The position numbers and the translations under genes were made by a program. Below, piece after piece: positions 24,553 to 37,800 of a stretch of 64,000 nucleotides of DNA (the first letter of the stretch is position 1; every line of letters starts with the position of its first letter). Under the pieces are notes generated by a model. It was given only the letters and a program-made list of their open reading frames with translations, was not told where the DNA came from and ran no database searches. Source of the DNA: Camelus dromedarius (Eukaryota); the NCBI RefSeq assembly GCF_036321535.1, contig NC_087436.1, forward strand, positions 17,422,001-17,486,000, read 5' to 3'.

Positions 24553-25309
24553 TCAGAATGTGCTTTTGATAATTCCTCTCCCCACTCTGACGTTACTCTG
24601 CTGTGTGGGATGGGGTGTGTAGGATGGGTTGGTAGAGAGGAAGGGGACATGGAGAGCACCCAGGAAACTGCTGCCGAGCCCTCTCACAACCTTCAGCTCA
24701 GCGTTAAAAAGAAGCAGAAAGCGCTCCGCTTCCAAATGAGTGCAGCCTACTTGTTCCACACGGCCCCCTCCGTCCGGCCCTGCTAATGACTCTCAGACTT
24801 TCAGAGCTCGTTTCCAAGAGATCTTGTAATGCTTACACACTCCACTAAATACCACGTGGATTCATGCCCTTCAGGTCACTTCACTAAGCAAATGAGAAAC
24901 AATCACCCTAAACAGAAGAGTGTTTTCAACATGGCACAAAAGGGACTTAGAGAGCAGGTGCATAGGGAAAGGGAAAGTTTATACAGTTTATACATCTAGG
25001 GAAACCAGACACACAAAAACATTCTTGGAAATGTGCAAGAAACAAATGAGAAAGAAGACAAAGGGGCAAACACATTATGCTTCAAAAAGGAGAAAGTGGT
25101 GAGAAAATTTTAGGAGCAACAAAGCAGGATTTGTTAGTTAAAAAAAATGAGCACTTATGTATATAGTGTTTTTGGTCTAAAGAATATTGGTACTAAATGA
25201 TGGAAAACAGTAAAACAGGGAAAAATGGGAAAGAAACAAACAAGCTTTTCATCTAATCTAGGATGTTTATTTATTTATGCTTTTATTATTGACTTTCTTT
25301 TCAGTTCTA

Positions 25310-25860
25310 GAATTCAACCAGAATGAATCATCAGATGAGCCCAAAGTGAGAAGCAGTCTACAGAGTAACTGACTTGTAATCTTCAAAAGTGTCGAGGCCA
25401 TCAAAGTCAAAGAAGGACTGAGAAACGTCCAGATTGAAGAAAAGTAGACAGACACGGCTCTTGAATGCAAAGCATGATCTAGTCGCTTCTTTTGTTATAA
25501 ATAATATTGGGACAACTGGCAAAAATCTAATAAGGTCTATTGCTTAGGAAATATTATTGCATCAATGTTAAATTCCTGAGTTTGATATTTGCACTATGGT
25601 TATGTGCTGATTTTTAGGAAGTAGCACACAGTAGAATTTTAGAGGTCAAAGAGAACCGTATCAGCAACTTACTCTCATAAAGTTCAGAAAAAATATGCAT
25701 TGGTCTGGACAGATACAGATATATCTGTATCTGTACATGTATAGAAAAAAAGAGAGGAGAAGAAAATGTTAACAATTGGATGAAATATATGTTGGAATTC
25801 TGTATATTATTTGGGTAACTTTTCTGAATGTCTGAAATTATATAAAAAGTTGAAAGTAAA
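25310..25860 (+). mobile_element. Old L1 3' end (L1MC4/L1MC5-like)
   Basis: 'catcagatgagcccaaagtgag...tcttcaaaagtgtcgaggccatcaaagtcaaagaaggactgag...attgcatcaatgttaaattcctgagtttgat'. Confidence 0.75.
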
Positions 25861-26281
25861 CATAGAAGAGAATTGAACATCTTAACCCTCCATTTTCAGT
25901 TTTCTAGAAGCTTCAGGAAGGACAGAGAAACTCCAAGTTCCTGTCTTACCTCCTACCCAGGACCTAAACTGCACAACTGCAGCAAAAGATGGAAGTTGAC
26001 TGGCAACATGTACCGGAGACATGCAAAAATACCCTTTCCTCCAGTCGCCTCTCTGCTCCAGAAGGGGCAGGGGGCGGAGGTGGGAAGGGAGGGCCAGATA
26101 GGATGTCTCCTGTTCAGATCAGACTCATCCTGACTGCGCTACGGCTTTTCCCGATCTAATCTCTCCCAAAGAGGGAAAATTAGCCTCATTTGGTACGAGG
26201 CTAATTTCCATTTTAAACATTCCCCAGTTAAAAATCTACAGGTTTCACAGCAATGTACTCACTTAGCACTTTACAAAAGTG

Positions 26282-26515
26282 AGGCAGCTGTGGAAAAGGC
26301 AGAAGAAAGCCAGGCTTTGTTTCAGAAACCCTACGTTTGTGCCCGTTTCGTTCTCAACTCTCTGTTAATGAGCTGCCTTGCTCTGGGCACATCCTTTGAC
26401 CTTTTAAACTCAGTTTCCATACCTGGGACAGAGACACTTGCAAACTTGTTGCCAAGATAAACTCTAGGTGTGCACATGAAGCCATTTATAAACTGTAATA
26501 GGCAGTCTGTTATCA
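26282..26515 (+). mobile_element. MIR SINE
   Basis: 'aggcagctgtggaaaaggc...ctctgggcacatcctttgacctttt aaactcagtttcc'. Confidence 0.55.
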
Positions 26516-29472
26516 TTTTGTTATATGAGGAAACCAAGGAAAGAAAGCTCATCTTCTGAGTTGTTGTCTCTTCCTGTCCCTTCTTATGTAAAGGGAACGG
26601 CACTGCAAACTATTAACTCTGAATAATTACCTTGGGGCTTCAGTCGGTCTTTCCATGTCAAGAGCAAAAAAAAAAAAAAAAGCAAATCACAATGTACATG
26701 TAAGTTATAAGCAGCGTGTTCCTTGGGGACCAGCTGCTTCTCGCCTCTCCCCTCAAGAGCAGAGCAAGTCTTAGCAGCAACACAGCTACTGCTCAGAAGT
26801 GTCAGCCCCAGAGCTAACAGTGCCTTCGCTGGTCATCAGGGAGGCACTGCTGTGTAATGGCTCACCTGCCCGCCTTGTGAGGAACCTCAAGGTGGCCTCT
26901 GCCATCTGAGACAACTGAGGTTAGCCCAAGTTCAAGTCCACCAATAACTGAAGCTGCCTGGGAAAGATATCTTCAACCGGGAGGCCCAGCAGGCAATGGT
27001 GACCGCTTCTAACGACACTGATGTCATTCTCTGGTCTTCCCTCTGTCAACATCTGTACCATCGGGCCCTTGGGAAAAATGATTTTCCCCCAGATGACTTT
27101 CTTGCTTCTGCCTAAGAGTTTTCATACACAAAAAGCTGCAGTTTCCAGGCAAATAAATAAATAAAATCAAGACAGAAAACTGAGTGAGCTGGAGTTGGCA
27201 GAATCCTATGACCTGAGAGAGCTCCAGCTTGGCTTGGTAGCTGGTCCTGTCTCAGTCTTTTTCTAAGTGCATTTGCATGATCATAATGGTTGTTTAGTGA
27301 GGGTGAGGGTGGGGCCAAATCTTCCAAGCAGCTCAGTCTCTGGGCTCCTGCCAGCCAGCCGGTCAGCCAGCAGTACCCAGGTCTTAGGACAAGGAGCTGG
27401 GCTGGGGATTTCAGTCCTAGGCAAAGTCACCTAAGGTGAAGTCAGATGATTCAGCTCTTTTCTTGGCTGCATTTCTCGAAGCTTTTCCATAGACACATGC
27501 CTCTGACAATGTTCTTCCCACCCGGGGCTTCTGCAGGCATAACTGTAAGCCCGCCCCTTCACGCCCGATAGTATGGGAATACGCATTTTCCCATCCTGTT
27601 TACCGTCCCTGGCTTCTGGGTTTCCACCCTAGCAAATCCTCCCAGCAGACTGTTTAAATGAACTGTCATCCCCGTCACACTGCTCAGACAGGGAACCTCT
27701 ACCCGCTGGACTGGAGATGCATGGGTGTTCCAAGGTTTGGCACAAAACCTTGTAAAATGAGGCCAAGTTTGTATCTCTTTGACTTTATATATTCTATTTG
27801 GATATCGTCCTCTCTCCCCCACTGACCCCCCAAATGGGATACTGCTGAAGAGACCATCTGCCGCAAAGGCCCGTACCCAGTGATCAAAATATTCTCACTT
27901 CTTTCCCAGCTTGGTGTCAGCGATAAAATATGTGAGGCTTGCAAACTGGCCTTTCAGGATTTAAGCCTCTTTAAAAGCCAGGTGACATCGCCATCGTGTT
28001 TGGCTCTGCCAGCCATACTCAGAAAATGGTGAATTTTATGGTAAATTTCTCCTAGTTAAACAAAAACCAAGTCTAAACACGAAAGGATTTGAGAAGAGGC
28101 ACAGCTGTGGTCTTGTGTGTCACCATATTATCTCAGAAAGATGAAAACTGAACAAATGACAAACAATGGCCCTGGCAAACCCACAGAGCCTGGGAGGAAG
28201 GTGGATGTTGGTTGGGGAGAGACATCAGCTTTAGAAAGTCAACACCTGTCTCAGATGGCCAGCAAGTCACACATACCCACATAACGTCATGCTTAGAGAC
28301 CCAACAGCAAATAGGCTACTCTCATGCCTGACAAACCCAGATGCACATCGAAACTTTTCCACCCTTCTCAGTGGTCAGTCAGTGCCAAACTATGGCGTCA
28401 AGAACATCTCTAACTGGGCTCCTCTTTAATATTGCTCTCTTTTATTTTAAATATCTGGTTCCAGAACAAGAATTGTCATTATGAACTTTGACCCCAGGAA
28501 CTGGTCATGTAGGGTCATGAAACAGCTCTGACAGACCCTAATTACCATTCAATGCATTCCACTCTGTAACATTTGAGGTTTCTCCAGGACCTTCTCATTC
28601 AGTCATAGGACAGGGCATAGAGATGGGCTTCAAAGAGTGTAATTTTTGACAGGGAAAGAATCTACAGAGCAACAAGTCAAACTATATTTACTACTTAACA
28701 TCTGCACCAAACCTCAAGAGGTCGGATGTTCAGCATTCTCTGCCTGTTCTACAGAGAGTCTCCTGACGTGTAAACCATCCTTTATGCTGTCTCTGATTCT
28801 TTTCCAGTGACCTTTTTAGAGTAGTGACAATACAGCTCTCTCACCACAGAAATCTCCAACAGTATTTGAAGACAGGCCTTATAAAGTCAGCCTTTTACAT
28901 TAACTGATCACCTTATTATGAGAGTAAATCAAAGCAGTTAAGCCCAGGCTTCCTGAAAGTTGCAGGTCAGGTGTGGAAGGGAGGGTAACCTTATCCTAAC
29001 AGAAAGTTCTGTGAAAAAAATTCTTTCAGATCTTTTTCCTTATGTCCACTAGCTTTAATGATACATATGTATGTACTATAACTGTGTCTCTCAATTTCCT
29101 GGGTCACTTTTCTTCCCAGCATGGAAGAGATATTGGGGTGCCACACACGTCAGGCCATACATCCCGATGCTTAGACTACAAACTGTGATTATTAAATGGG
29201 TTGTTGTAAGTGTGTGCTATCTTACACTTTCCAGAAAAGTACATGCGGTAAGGAAGTAAACACAACAACCCCTTGGATTTCAGTTGCAACCATCAGTTCC
29301 TACATTTCCAGAACAATCTCCAAGGGTCCATGACATATAACAAATGATCACTTTGCTGAGGTTCAAATTTGAATCTTATGATGCAGAGAACTTGCTCGGG
29401 GACAAGTCACTCAGCTGATGTATGAACCTAGGGATTGTTCCACATCTCAGCTCTGAGAGGCTTCATATTGGA

Positions 29473-30280
29473 AGGCAGCTGAGAGCAATGGTTAAGAGCA
29501 TGGATACCGGATGCAGACTAGATTGAAATCCATTGCTGCCACAAAGTTACTTGGTGACCTTGAGCAAGTCATTTAAGCCCCTTAGTTTCATCATCTTTGA
29601 AACAGGGAAGAGTAGTATCTATCTAATAGAGTTCTTGTTCTTGTGAGGACTAAATTAGTTGTGTGTTAGATCTCAGCTGGGGGCCTCTGGAAAGATGCAG
29701 AGGCAAATGTTATGGTGAGGCTAGTTCTTGGAGGTGTTATAAGGCTAAGATGGCAACAGTGAGGGTAAAAGGAAAATAAAACAAGAGAAGCTACAATGTG
29801 ATTCAGCATGACTCCCGCCATACTGGCTCCTCCACAAACAGCCAGGAAGACACAGAATGTGGCTCAGCCAACATTCTTTCAACGAAGGGGACTGAAACTG
29901 GATTTCTGTGGAAGGGTTGCCAAAAGGAACTGTGCTGTGTGCAGTCCCCAAATAAGATAACGGAGGGGGATTTATCTTTTTGGTTCCTTTCAGCTACTTG
30001 AATTCCAACTGGTTCACTCTGTAGAGAGCCAACTCCCTTATTCTACCAAAAGCCTCATCTGATCCCTTGGCAGACACCTTGGAAGCCACACCCCATGCCT
30101 CCGCCAGATCTCAAAATGGAGAGGTGCCTGATGCGAGCTGCACGTTGAAAGAGAAAGACGTGGTTGAGGGATATGGGAAGGCATGTTAAGCTTTGTACCC
30201 CAAGAACAGTGTGCAAAGCACTTAGAACAGAGCCTGGCACATGGCAGCCACAGTGAAGTTCTTCCTACTCTTGTTCACTG
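29473..30280 (+). mobile_element. MIR split by an old ERVL-class LTR (~29665-30205)
   Basis: MIR 5' part 'ggttaagagcatgga...gtgaccttgagcaagtcatttaa' resumes at 'tgtgcaaagcacttagaacagagcctggcacat'. The insert starts 'tgttagatctcagctgggg'. Confidence 0.6.
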
Positions 30281-31009
30281 CTGCTTGTCCCTGAGAGTAA
30301 ATCGTATGAGATTAGAGCTGTGTTTAATGAAAAAACAAGTTCTAAATAGACAGTCAACCAATACAAGAAAATTGAAATTAAGATCTAGGAAAATGACTCA
30401 TTCTTGGTAAGTGGAAAAGAAATTCTTGGTAAGAGAACACAGAAATCAACAGCTGCCCAACACTCTGGTAGGAGCAAGTCCATCACATGCTTTATGTGGA
30501 AATAAAGAGAAGCTATCCATGAAATGCTGTGAGGATCTGTTCCTTCACACAGGGTTGTGCTGTGGTGGTATTCAGAGAAGTCTGCATCTGGGAGGAAGGT
30601 TAGGAGGAAGAAAAGTGGCAGGATGGCCAAAAGGAAGAAGGAAGCAGGCTGTAAATAAGGAAGAAACCCATATTCTTTCAACCCATCAATGAAAAAAGAT
30701 TTGAAGATTAAAAAATTGAAAGAAAAAACTCTCCTCAAATTTTACTTTTTATTGTATAATTACTGGGAAATATCTTGAGCTGAATGTGGAGAATTCTTGT
30801 CTGGGGGACTGAAGGAGGAGTGGATGAAATATCTACTCACTGATCAAAGTAAAGCCCTTAGAACAATGCCTGGAACATACTAATGTCAAGGAAATATTGG
30901 CTACTGGTATTACTCTTAGTTTATTCTACCTTTTCTTGATAAAAATTCTCTTCCTAAACCAAAAACACATGTACTTAGATTCACAGGACTGTAAGAAGAC
31001 AAGCAGGTT

Positions 31010-31680
31010 CTGTATGGTAATCAGTCAACTAACGTTCATATGAAGGGAATTTGGCAATACCTATCAAAATAAGTGCGCTTACTTGCAAAAAAAAAAAAAA
31101 ATCCCCTTTATACCATAACCTAGTGATTCTACTGCTAGGAATTTACCCAGTTGAAATACATTTTCACATACAAATAAAATAACCAATGTAGAGGGTTATT
31201 TCAACCTTTTGGTAATAACAACTGTTGAAAAGAACATCTAAGTTTTCACTAGTGGCAGACAGGTTAAACATACTATAATACAGCCAGACAATGGAATACT
31301 CTACAGCCATAATAAAAATAAGGAACTATTTTACATACTTCTAAGGAAAGAGTTCCAAGATAAAGTATAAAATGGAAAACTCAAGGTAACAAAATAGCAC
31401 GTATAGAATGCAATCATTTTTGCACAAAGGGTGAATAAACGTAAGTATACGTATATGTACACACACACATGCACTTGTGTATGTATAAAATAACTTTGGA
31501 AGAATGTATAAGAAACTTAATCTGCCTACAGGGAGAACTGGTTGACAAAGAGAAAAAGGTGGAGGGAAATTTTTCCCTATATTCTCTCTCATTTATTTTT
31601 GAATGTCTTTGAACCATGCAAATGTATTGCTTATTCAAATACAATACAATACAATACAGTATAATACAATAAAAAAGGAA
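31010..31680 (+). mobile_element. Old L1 3' region (L1ME-like)
   Basis: 'aatttggcaatacctatcaaaat...attctactgctaggaatttaccc...acaatggaatactctacagccat'. Confidence 0.75.
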
Positions 31681-33449
31681 GTGACTTAAATTATTTATTT
31701 TTAAAGAATTAAAATAGAATGTGCTTACAGCTGCCTCTCCTCACATAGGATTCTAAGTTTCTGGGGAGTTCTGAGTAGGGCCGTAGGGCACAGGAACCCC
31801 GTGACTGCTTTGCTCATGAAGATAGAATGGTAGATAAGGCATCCAAGACATGTCAGGAGTGGAACCAGCAAAGAGGGAACAATATATTTCATAAGATGGA
31901 TAAAAACTTAATTGGCCCAGAAATAGTTTCAGGCTAATGTTCAAGCTGGGTGGAGGTCACCACTGAGCCTCATACCTGGGAAGTCGTTTGGCCATGTTAT
32001 GCGAGGCGAACATTGTTGATAACCATGGTCATATCTATGACAGAGTCTAGGGAACTCAGAAAACATAATAATGATGAGTACACTGTAAAATAAGAATGTC
32101 AAAAGAGATGTCACAGTTTTCTTAGATAACATCTTTATTCTGAGGCTGTCTCTGAATCACAAGTGGACAGTCAAGTCCCAACTCAGCCCCTGAGTGACTG
32201 TGCCAGTCACTTGGCCACCCTCAGCCCAGCTTTCCTCTTCTGTTGAGTTGTGTTGCTGGGAACAAGTAAGGTCCTTGATTGTCAAAGAATCAATCACAGA
32301 AGCAGTGGTATGTTTTTCCCATTAAACACAGTGAAGCCAAGCTTCTCTCCACCATTTGCCCAATGCTTGGTCAGAGTCAAGTGGTGACATTCTATTAAGT
32401 CTTGAACGAACTAAGGGTCCTGGGCAGAGACTCCTAAAGCAAAGAGTCTCTCTCTCTCTCGAGTCTGCCCTAGACTCATGAGCTGACCCCAGCAAGTCAC
32501 CCACTCTCCTTGACCTCAAGTCTTTTGTTTTAAAAATGAGAGAATCAGACTGTGTAAAGTTTCCCCCCATTTCTAAAATTCTAAATTTTTTGAGGTACTT
32601 TGATTTATTCCTTCAACCAGTACTTATTGAGGGCCTATGTGCACAGCACTATTGCTTTATAAATCTCAACTCAAAGTGATTCAGAGTTCTAAAGACAATT
32701 CAACTAGCAGCCATCTTAAATGTCAATATTTGATGTTACCTTCTTTTCTAAGTTCTTTTGAGAACAGAACACCACATAAATGAGATTAAATTATCAGTGA
32801 AAAAATATCAACTATTCCATTATACAAAGAAATTACACTTATTTTAGGATGTATTTATTATTATTGTTGTTATGGTTATGTTCCTTAGCTACTCATTTTA
32901 AATATCCTAAAAGATGTGCTCTCCCCTCATTTTGACCAATAGTCAGTCTCACTCCTGTTTCCAATCTGTAGGTAGGGCTGAAACAGCTGCTCTGTTGCCT
33001 GTGCTTTGCTCTCTGATTTAGTTAAATAAGCCCCACAGGTGACATGAGAGGCCTTGCTCTAGAATCATCCATCTATCCTGGGGACACAGTACAAGACATG
33101 CTGTGAGTGAGAGGAGATGGGGCAGCAACATGGTTATTAGACATATCTAGAGTTATGGAGTGTTTTATGGCTTTTATCTGCTTTTTACTCATCCTCTACC
33201 AAGAGATCACTTGTGACCTTAAATTTATGGCATAAACAGTATCAAGAGACAAATAGGAAACTAAAAAAAAAAAAAAAAAAAAAAAAACACAGATAGTAGA
33301 AAAATGTGCAACACCACCAGTAGACAGAGTTCCTATAAATTGATAAAGAAAATTCTACCTTAGGGAGACGTTTTAATTATTCATTCAACCAGTATTTATT
33401 AAGACCCTAGGTACCCAGCTCTGTTGCTTTATGAAATGGATACGAACAA

Positions 33450-34020
33450 CTAGCAAGTAAGAGAGGTAAAGGGCCAATAAATGTGTGAAAAGATGCTCAA
33501 TCTCACTAAATTACAGAGAAATACAATCTAAAATAAAACAAGATGATATGTTTAATGTTACAGATTGATGAAATAATTAAAAGAGTGATTAAATTCAGTG
33601 CTGATGAAGGATGAGGGGGAAAAGTCACTCTCATTTTGGTGGGATTGTGAATTTCTATAAATCATTTTGGAAACTTTTCTGATAATATGTATTAAAAGCA
33701 AAAAAAACATGTAAAATATGTCAGAAGTAAAAATATAAATGACCTATGTCATTTTTTTCTAGTGCATATGTAAATATATACTATTGATATAAAATAAGTA
33801 TATATATAACACAGAAATAATAATACCCATTAAATAATACCTATCTAAATAATAAATATATGTGAACAAGTGTGTTAACCACAGCATAACTTTCTAGCAG
33901 TTATAAAACTATATATAGGCTGAAAGGACATAATAAGTTGAACAATTGTATATGATGGTAGGATGACATGGAACCACTAAAAGAATACATTATTGGCCTT
34001 GAAAACTGTCATAATGATTT
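33450..34020 (+). mobile_element. Old L1 (L1ME-like); continues at ~37803-38170
   Basis: 'tgtgaaaagatgctcaatctcactaa...agagaaatacaa' ORF2-end motif. The matching 3' UTR resumes after the nested block. Confidence 0.7.
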
Positions 34021-35149
34021 GTAAAGCTTTACTGATATACAACTGATATAGAATAACATATATATTTAAAGATTACAATTTGAAAAGTTTTGATACACAC
34101 ACACACACACAAATTGTGACTCCATCAATACAATCAAGATAACGAACGTATTTTTCCTAAGCCCCAAGTTTTCTCATGCCTCTTTGCAATCTCTCCCTGG
34201 GGAAAGTACCCACAATTTCCTCTCCACCTCCCTTCTCCCCATCTGCAGGCAACCACCATCTGCTTTCTGTCGCTATAAATTTGCTTACATTTTCTAGAGG
34301 GTTGCATAAATGGAAGAATTATGCACTCTTTTTAGTTTCTAATTTCTTTCACTAAGCATAATTGTTTTGAGATTCATCCGTGTTGTTTCATGTATCAATG
34401 GTTCATTCCCCTTTCAGTGATGCGTAGTATTCCACTGTATGGATACACCAACCTTGTTTATCTATTCACCCATTGGTGAACATCTGCATTGTTTCTAGTG
34501 TTTGGCTATTACAAATAAACATGAAAATGTGTGTACCAGTCTTCCTGGGGACACATGCTTTCTCTTGAATAAATCCTGGGGTGGAATGGCTGGATCATAT
34601 GTAAGTGTATGTTTAACTTGATAAGAAACTGCCAAACTGTATTCCAAAGTAGTTATAGCATTTTACATTCCCATCAGCAGTGTATGAGAGTTAGAGTTCT
34701 ACTAAGTCCTTCCCAACACTTCATATGATTTAAAGTTCTAGCCACACTAATAGCTATGTAGTGGTATCTAACTGATGTTTTATTTTCAATTTTATAATTG
34801 AAATTATAATTATGTTGAGCATCTTTCCATGTGTTTATCTGATACCTAAATATCTTCCTTGGTGAACTATATATTTAAGTCTTTTGCTCACTTTTTTTAA
34901 AAGTTGGGTTATTTGGTTTTTTTTTTTTTTTTTTTTGCTCTTTATTTTTTATAGATTTCAATTCAAGTCCTTTATCAGTTATATACTTTGCAAATATTTT
35001 TCCCAGTCTGTGGCTTGTCTTTTCACTCTCTTAGCAATGGCTTTTGAAGAGTAAAAAAATTTAATTTTAGTAAAGTCTAATTTATCAATTGTTTCTTGGA
35101 TCATGCTTTCAATAGCATGTCTATGACAACTTTGCCCAACTCAAGATCA
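34021..35149 (-). mobile_element. L1 3' end / ORF2 C-terminus (L1MB/L1MC-like)
   Basis: 'gttttgagattcatccgtgttgtt...tagtattccactgtatggata...aagaaactgccaaactgt...ttttacattcccatcagcagtgtatgagag'. Confidence 0.85.
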
Positions 35150-35326
35150 CAACCAACCATGGATCAAATTCAATGCATAGTTGGTTTAATCTGCAAATAT
35201 GGATCCCACAAATGTGATTGGCTCCCTGTACTGCAGCATTTTATATAAGGGATTTGTGTGTTGGTTGATTTTGGTATCCACGGAGGGTCCTGGAACAAAT
35301 TCTCTGCGGATACTGAGGGATGACTG
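35150..35326. mobile_element. MER2 (TcMar-Tigger) fragment
   Basis: 'caaccaaccatggatcaaa...cattttatataagggatttg...gattttggtatccacggagggtcctggaacaaat...ggatactgagggatgactg'. Confidence 0.85.
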
Positions 35327-35329
35327 CAT

Positions 35330-37800
35330 GAAATCTTCTTTGAATCTTTCTTAGAACTCACCAGTGAAACTCTCTGGTCCTAGGCTTTTGTCTTTTGGGA
35401 AGTTTTGTTGTTGTTGTTGTTGTTCATTTGTTTTTATCACTGATTTGATCTCTTTACTAGTACTTGGTCATTCAGATTTTCTATATCCACATAATTCAGT
35501 GTTGGAAGATTGCATGTTTCTAGGAATTTATCCATTTCTTCTAGGTTGCCCAGTTTGTTGATGTATTGTTCATAGCAATCTCTTTGATCTTTTACATTTA
35601 TATGGTACCAGTTGTAACTTCTCCTCTTTCAATTCTGATTTTATATATTTGGGCCTCTACCTTTTTTCTTGTGATGAGTCAAGCAAAGGTTTGTCAGTTT
35701 TGTTTACCTTTACTTTAACAAGCCTTTAATTTCATTGATCTTTTCTATTGTGTTTTTACTCTTTATTTCCTCTCTGACCTTTATTATTTCCTTCCTTCTA
35801 ACTTCGGGCTTTGTTCTAATTCCTTTAGGCATGAAGTTAGATTGCTTATCTGAGATTTCCCTATTTCTTAAGGTAGGCCTATATCACTATGAACTTCCCT
35901 CTTAGAACTACTTTTGTGGCATAGCATAGATTTGGGAATGCTGTAGTTCCATTTTCATTTGTCTCTAGGTATTTTTAAATTTCCCTGTGATTTCTTCCTT
36001 GACCCATTGGTTGTTCAGTAGCACGTTGTTTAATCCCCACATATTTGTCATTTTTATAGTTTTATTCTTGTAACTCATTTCCAGTTTCCTATTTTTGTGG
36101 TTAAAAAAGATGCTTGATAGGATTTAAATCTTTTTAAATTTATTGAGATCTGTTTGTGGACTAACGTGATCTATCCTAGAGAATGTTTCATGTGCACTTG
36201 AGAAGAATGTATATTATGCCACTTTTGGATGGAATGTTCAATATGTATTTGTTAAGTCTACCTGGTCTACTGTGTCATTTAAAGCCAATTTTTCTGTATT
36301 GACGTTCTTTCTGGGTGATCTATCCATTAACATAAATGGGATATTAAAGTCGCCTACTGTTTTTGTATTGCTGTCAATTTCTCCCTTTAAATTTGTTAAT
36401 ATTTCCTTTATATATTTAGGTACTCTATGTTGGGCATGTAAATGTTTACAAATGTTATATCCTCTTGTATTGATTCCTTTCTCACTATGTAATGTCCTTC
36501 TTTGTCTTTTATTACAATCTTTGCTTTAAAGTCTATTTTGCCTGATATAAGAATAGCTATATCAGCTTTTTTTGTTGTTTCTATTTGCATGGAATATCTT
36601 TGCCATCCCTTCACTTTCAGTCTGTGTGTGTGTCCTTACATGTGAAGTGGGTCTCCTGTAGGCAACGTATAAATGAGTCTTGTTTTTTTTTTTTTAACCA
36701 TCCAGCCACTCTATATCTTTTAATTGAATGTCTATTTCCTTCCCCAGTTAGGGAAGTTTTCAGCCATTATTTCTTCAGTTAAGTGTTCTGCCCATATCTA
36801 TCTCTTTCTTCTCCTTCTGGGACCCTTACAATGCAAAGATTATTCTGCTTGATGCTGTACCTTAAGTCCCTTAGGCCATCTCCATTTCTTTAATTTCTCT
36901 TTTCTGCTCTGTTTGGGTGATTTTCACTGCCCTGTCTCCAGGTTGCTGATTCAATTTTCTGTTTTATCTAATGTGCTGTTGAACCCCTCTAGTGTGTATT
37001 TTAGTTTGGTTACTGTATTCCTCAGCTCTGTGATTTCTGTTTGTTACTTTCTTATATTTTCTGTCTCTTTGTTGAAGTTCTCAATGTGTTCATACATTCT
37101 TCTCCTGAGTTCTACGATAATTTATATGACCATTACTTTGAACTCTTTATCAGGTAGATTACTTATCTCCATTCATTAAAATCTTTTTTTCTAAGGCTTT
37201 GTCTTGTTTTTGTTTGGAATATATTCTTCTGTTTTCTCATTTTGCTTGGCTTTCCATGTTTGTGTCTATGTACCATTAGGCAGAACAGCTTTAGTGAGGC
37301 TGCGAGAGCATGCTAAGGTTGGAGCAGGCTGTTGTTTTAGTGATGAAGGTGAAGAGCACTGAGGGCAGGGCAGGTGCATACCCATTGCATTGCAAGGCTG
37401 TGTTTGTATGTACCCCTTGGGGTCCCTGGACATTAGCCTTGTTGGTCTCGAAAGCCAGATATTTTGGAGATTATTTCTCCTGCACAGGTCCCAAAGATTA
37501 GGGTGCTCAATGTGGGGCACAAATCCCTCATTCCTCAGGGAGTAGCTCTATATGTGTGAGACCCTCCCCCCCACTGTAAGTCAATGTATTAGGGTTGGGG
37601 GTTTTGGCAAGATCACTTCTCTGTCTTTCCTACCTGTCTCGATGTGGCCCCTTTCTCACTTATTGTGGAGGGGCTGTTCAGCCAGTTACCAGTCCTTTCT
37701 GAATGGTAATTGTTCCATATGTAGCTGTAGATTTTGGTGCATTCATCAGAGGAGGTGAGTTCAGGAACCTTCTATGCCTCCATCCTGGCTGCTTACTGAA
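35330..37800 (-). mobile_element. L1 5' portion: ORF2 endonuclease region, partial ORF1 and 5' UTR (degraded)
   Basis: ORF 36408-36614(-) KGWQ...KKADIAILISGKIDFKAKIVIKDKEGHYIVRKESIQEDITFVNIY is L1 ORF2 endonuclease. ORF1-like and 5'UTR-like sequence follows to ~37800. Confidence 0.9.

Noticed and set aside
36408..36614. Endonuclease-like ORF
   Set aside because: A fragment of degraded L1 ORF2, not a host gene.
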